This document shows positions 35,227 to 35,364 of a stretch of DNA of 35,364 bases, one piece after another. The notes beneath the pieces are model-generated. The model had not been told where the DNA came from and did not search any database. It worked only from the letters and a program-made list of their open reading frames with translations. The stretch is from the IMG/VR virus record IMGVR_UViG_3300032332_000211, positions 1 to 35,364 of that record. One strand, given 5' to 3'. The first letter of the stretch is position 1. The number at the start of each line of letters is the position of its first letter. The stretch is from a virus (taxonomy: Duplodnaviria > Caudoviricetes). The translations under genes were made by a program, and so were the position numbers.

Positions 35227-35364
35227 GGGACATAATAACTGCCATATTAATAATTGCGGTTTTAGTGCTTGTTTTAGAGCCAAAGAAAGACAATAAACCG
35301 ATAGTAATAACAAAGTACGATACTATTGTAGAGGTTAAAAATATAACCAAATATCGCAAGGGGA
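35223..35364 (+). CDS. 3'-truncated membrane-anchored protein, possible spanin
   Basis: MRDIITAILIIAVLVLVLEPKKDNKPIVITKYDT...; shares ITKYDT with 980..1462. Confidence 0.55.
   Translation, partial: MRDIITAILIIAVLVLVLEPKKDNKPIVITKYDTIVEVKNITKYRKG

Noticed and set aside
1-35364. Stop-codon reassignment, or integrated prophage with host flanks
   Set aside because: Genes are intact in the standard code; no integrase, att site or host genes recognised.

Overview
AT-rich, gene-dense window holding roughly one full genome (repeat period about 34.39 kb) of a tailed, siphovirus-like dsDNA phage. The host is probably Bacteroidota, judged from TAnnTTTG -7 promoter boxes and A-rich leaders lacking Shine-Dalgarno sequences. 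Gene order: lysis (holin-like, lipoprotein, M15 peptidase endolysin), nucleotide/nuclease genes, a divergent early region (ERF, HTH proteins, replication initiator with internal iteron-like repeats, VRR-NUC, ECF-sigma-like protein), acyl/glycosyltransferases, HNH-TerS-TerL, tail genes, tape measure, prohead protease, scaffold, capsid, major tail, portal, adaptor and tail fibre. The order then restarts in a diverged allele. I saw no integrase, CI-type repressor, DNA polymerase, tRNA or CRISPR array. The most notable feature is a prohead protease fused through a GGPGSG linker to a RelA/SpoT-type (Apk/Tas1-like) alarmone-synthetase domain. It is followed by a small candidate immunity ORF and a convergent HD-family alarmone hydrolase, which ends one of four cassettes sharing paired TACCG(T/C)T(C/T)ATC boxes (20-bp period) upstream of a host-type promoter. 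Also seen: a covarying H-type pseudoknot present twice after cassette genes, a perfect kissing-loop leader before the replication gene, a -1 frameshift/dual-coding gene, an ATA-start HNH gene missed by the ORF track, and a 0.5-kb palindrome-rich intergenic tract. All calls come from motif recognition by eye; no searches were run.
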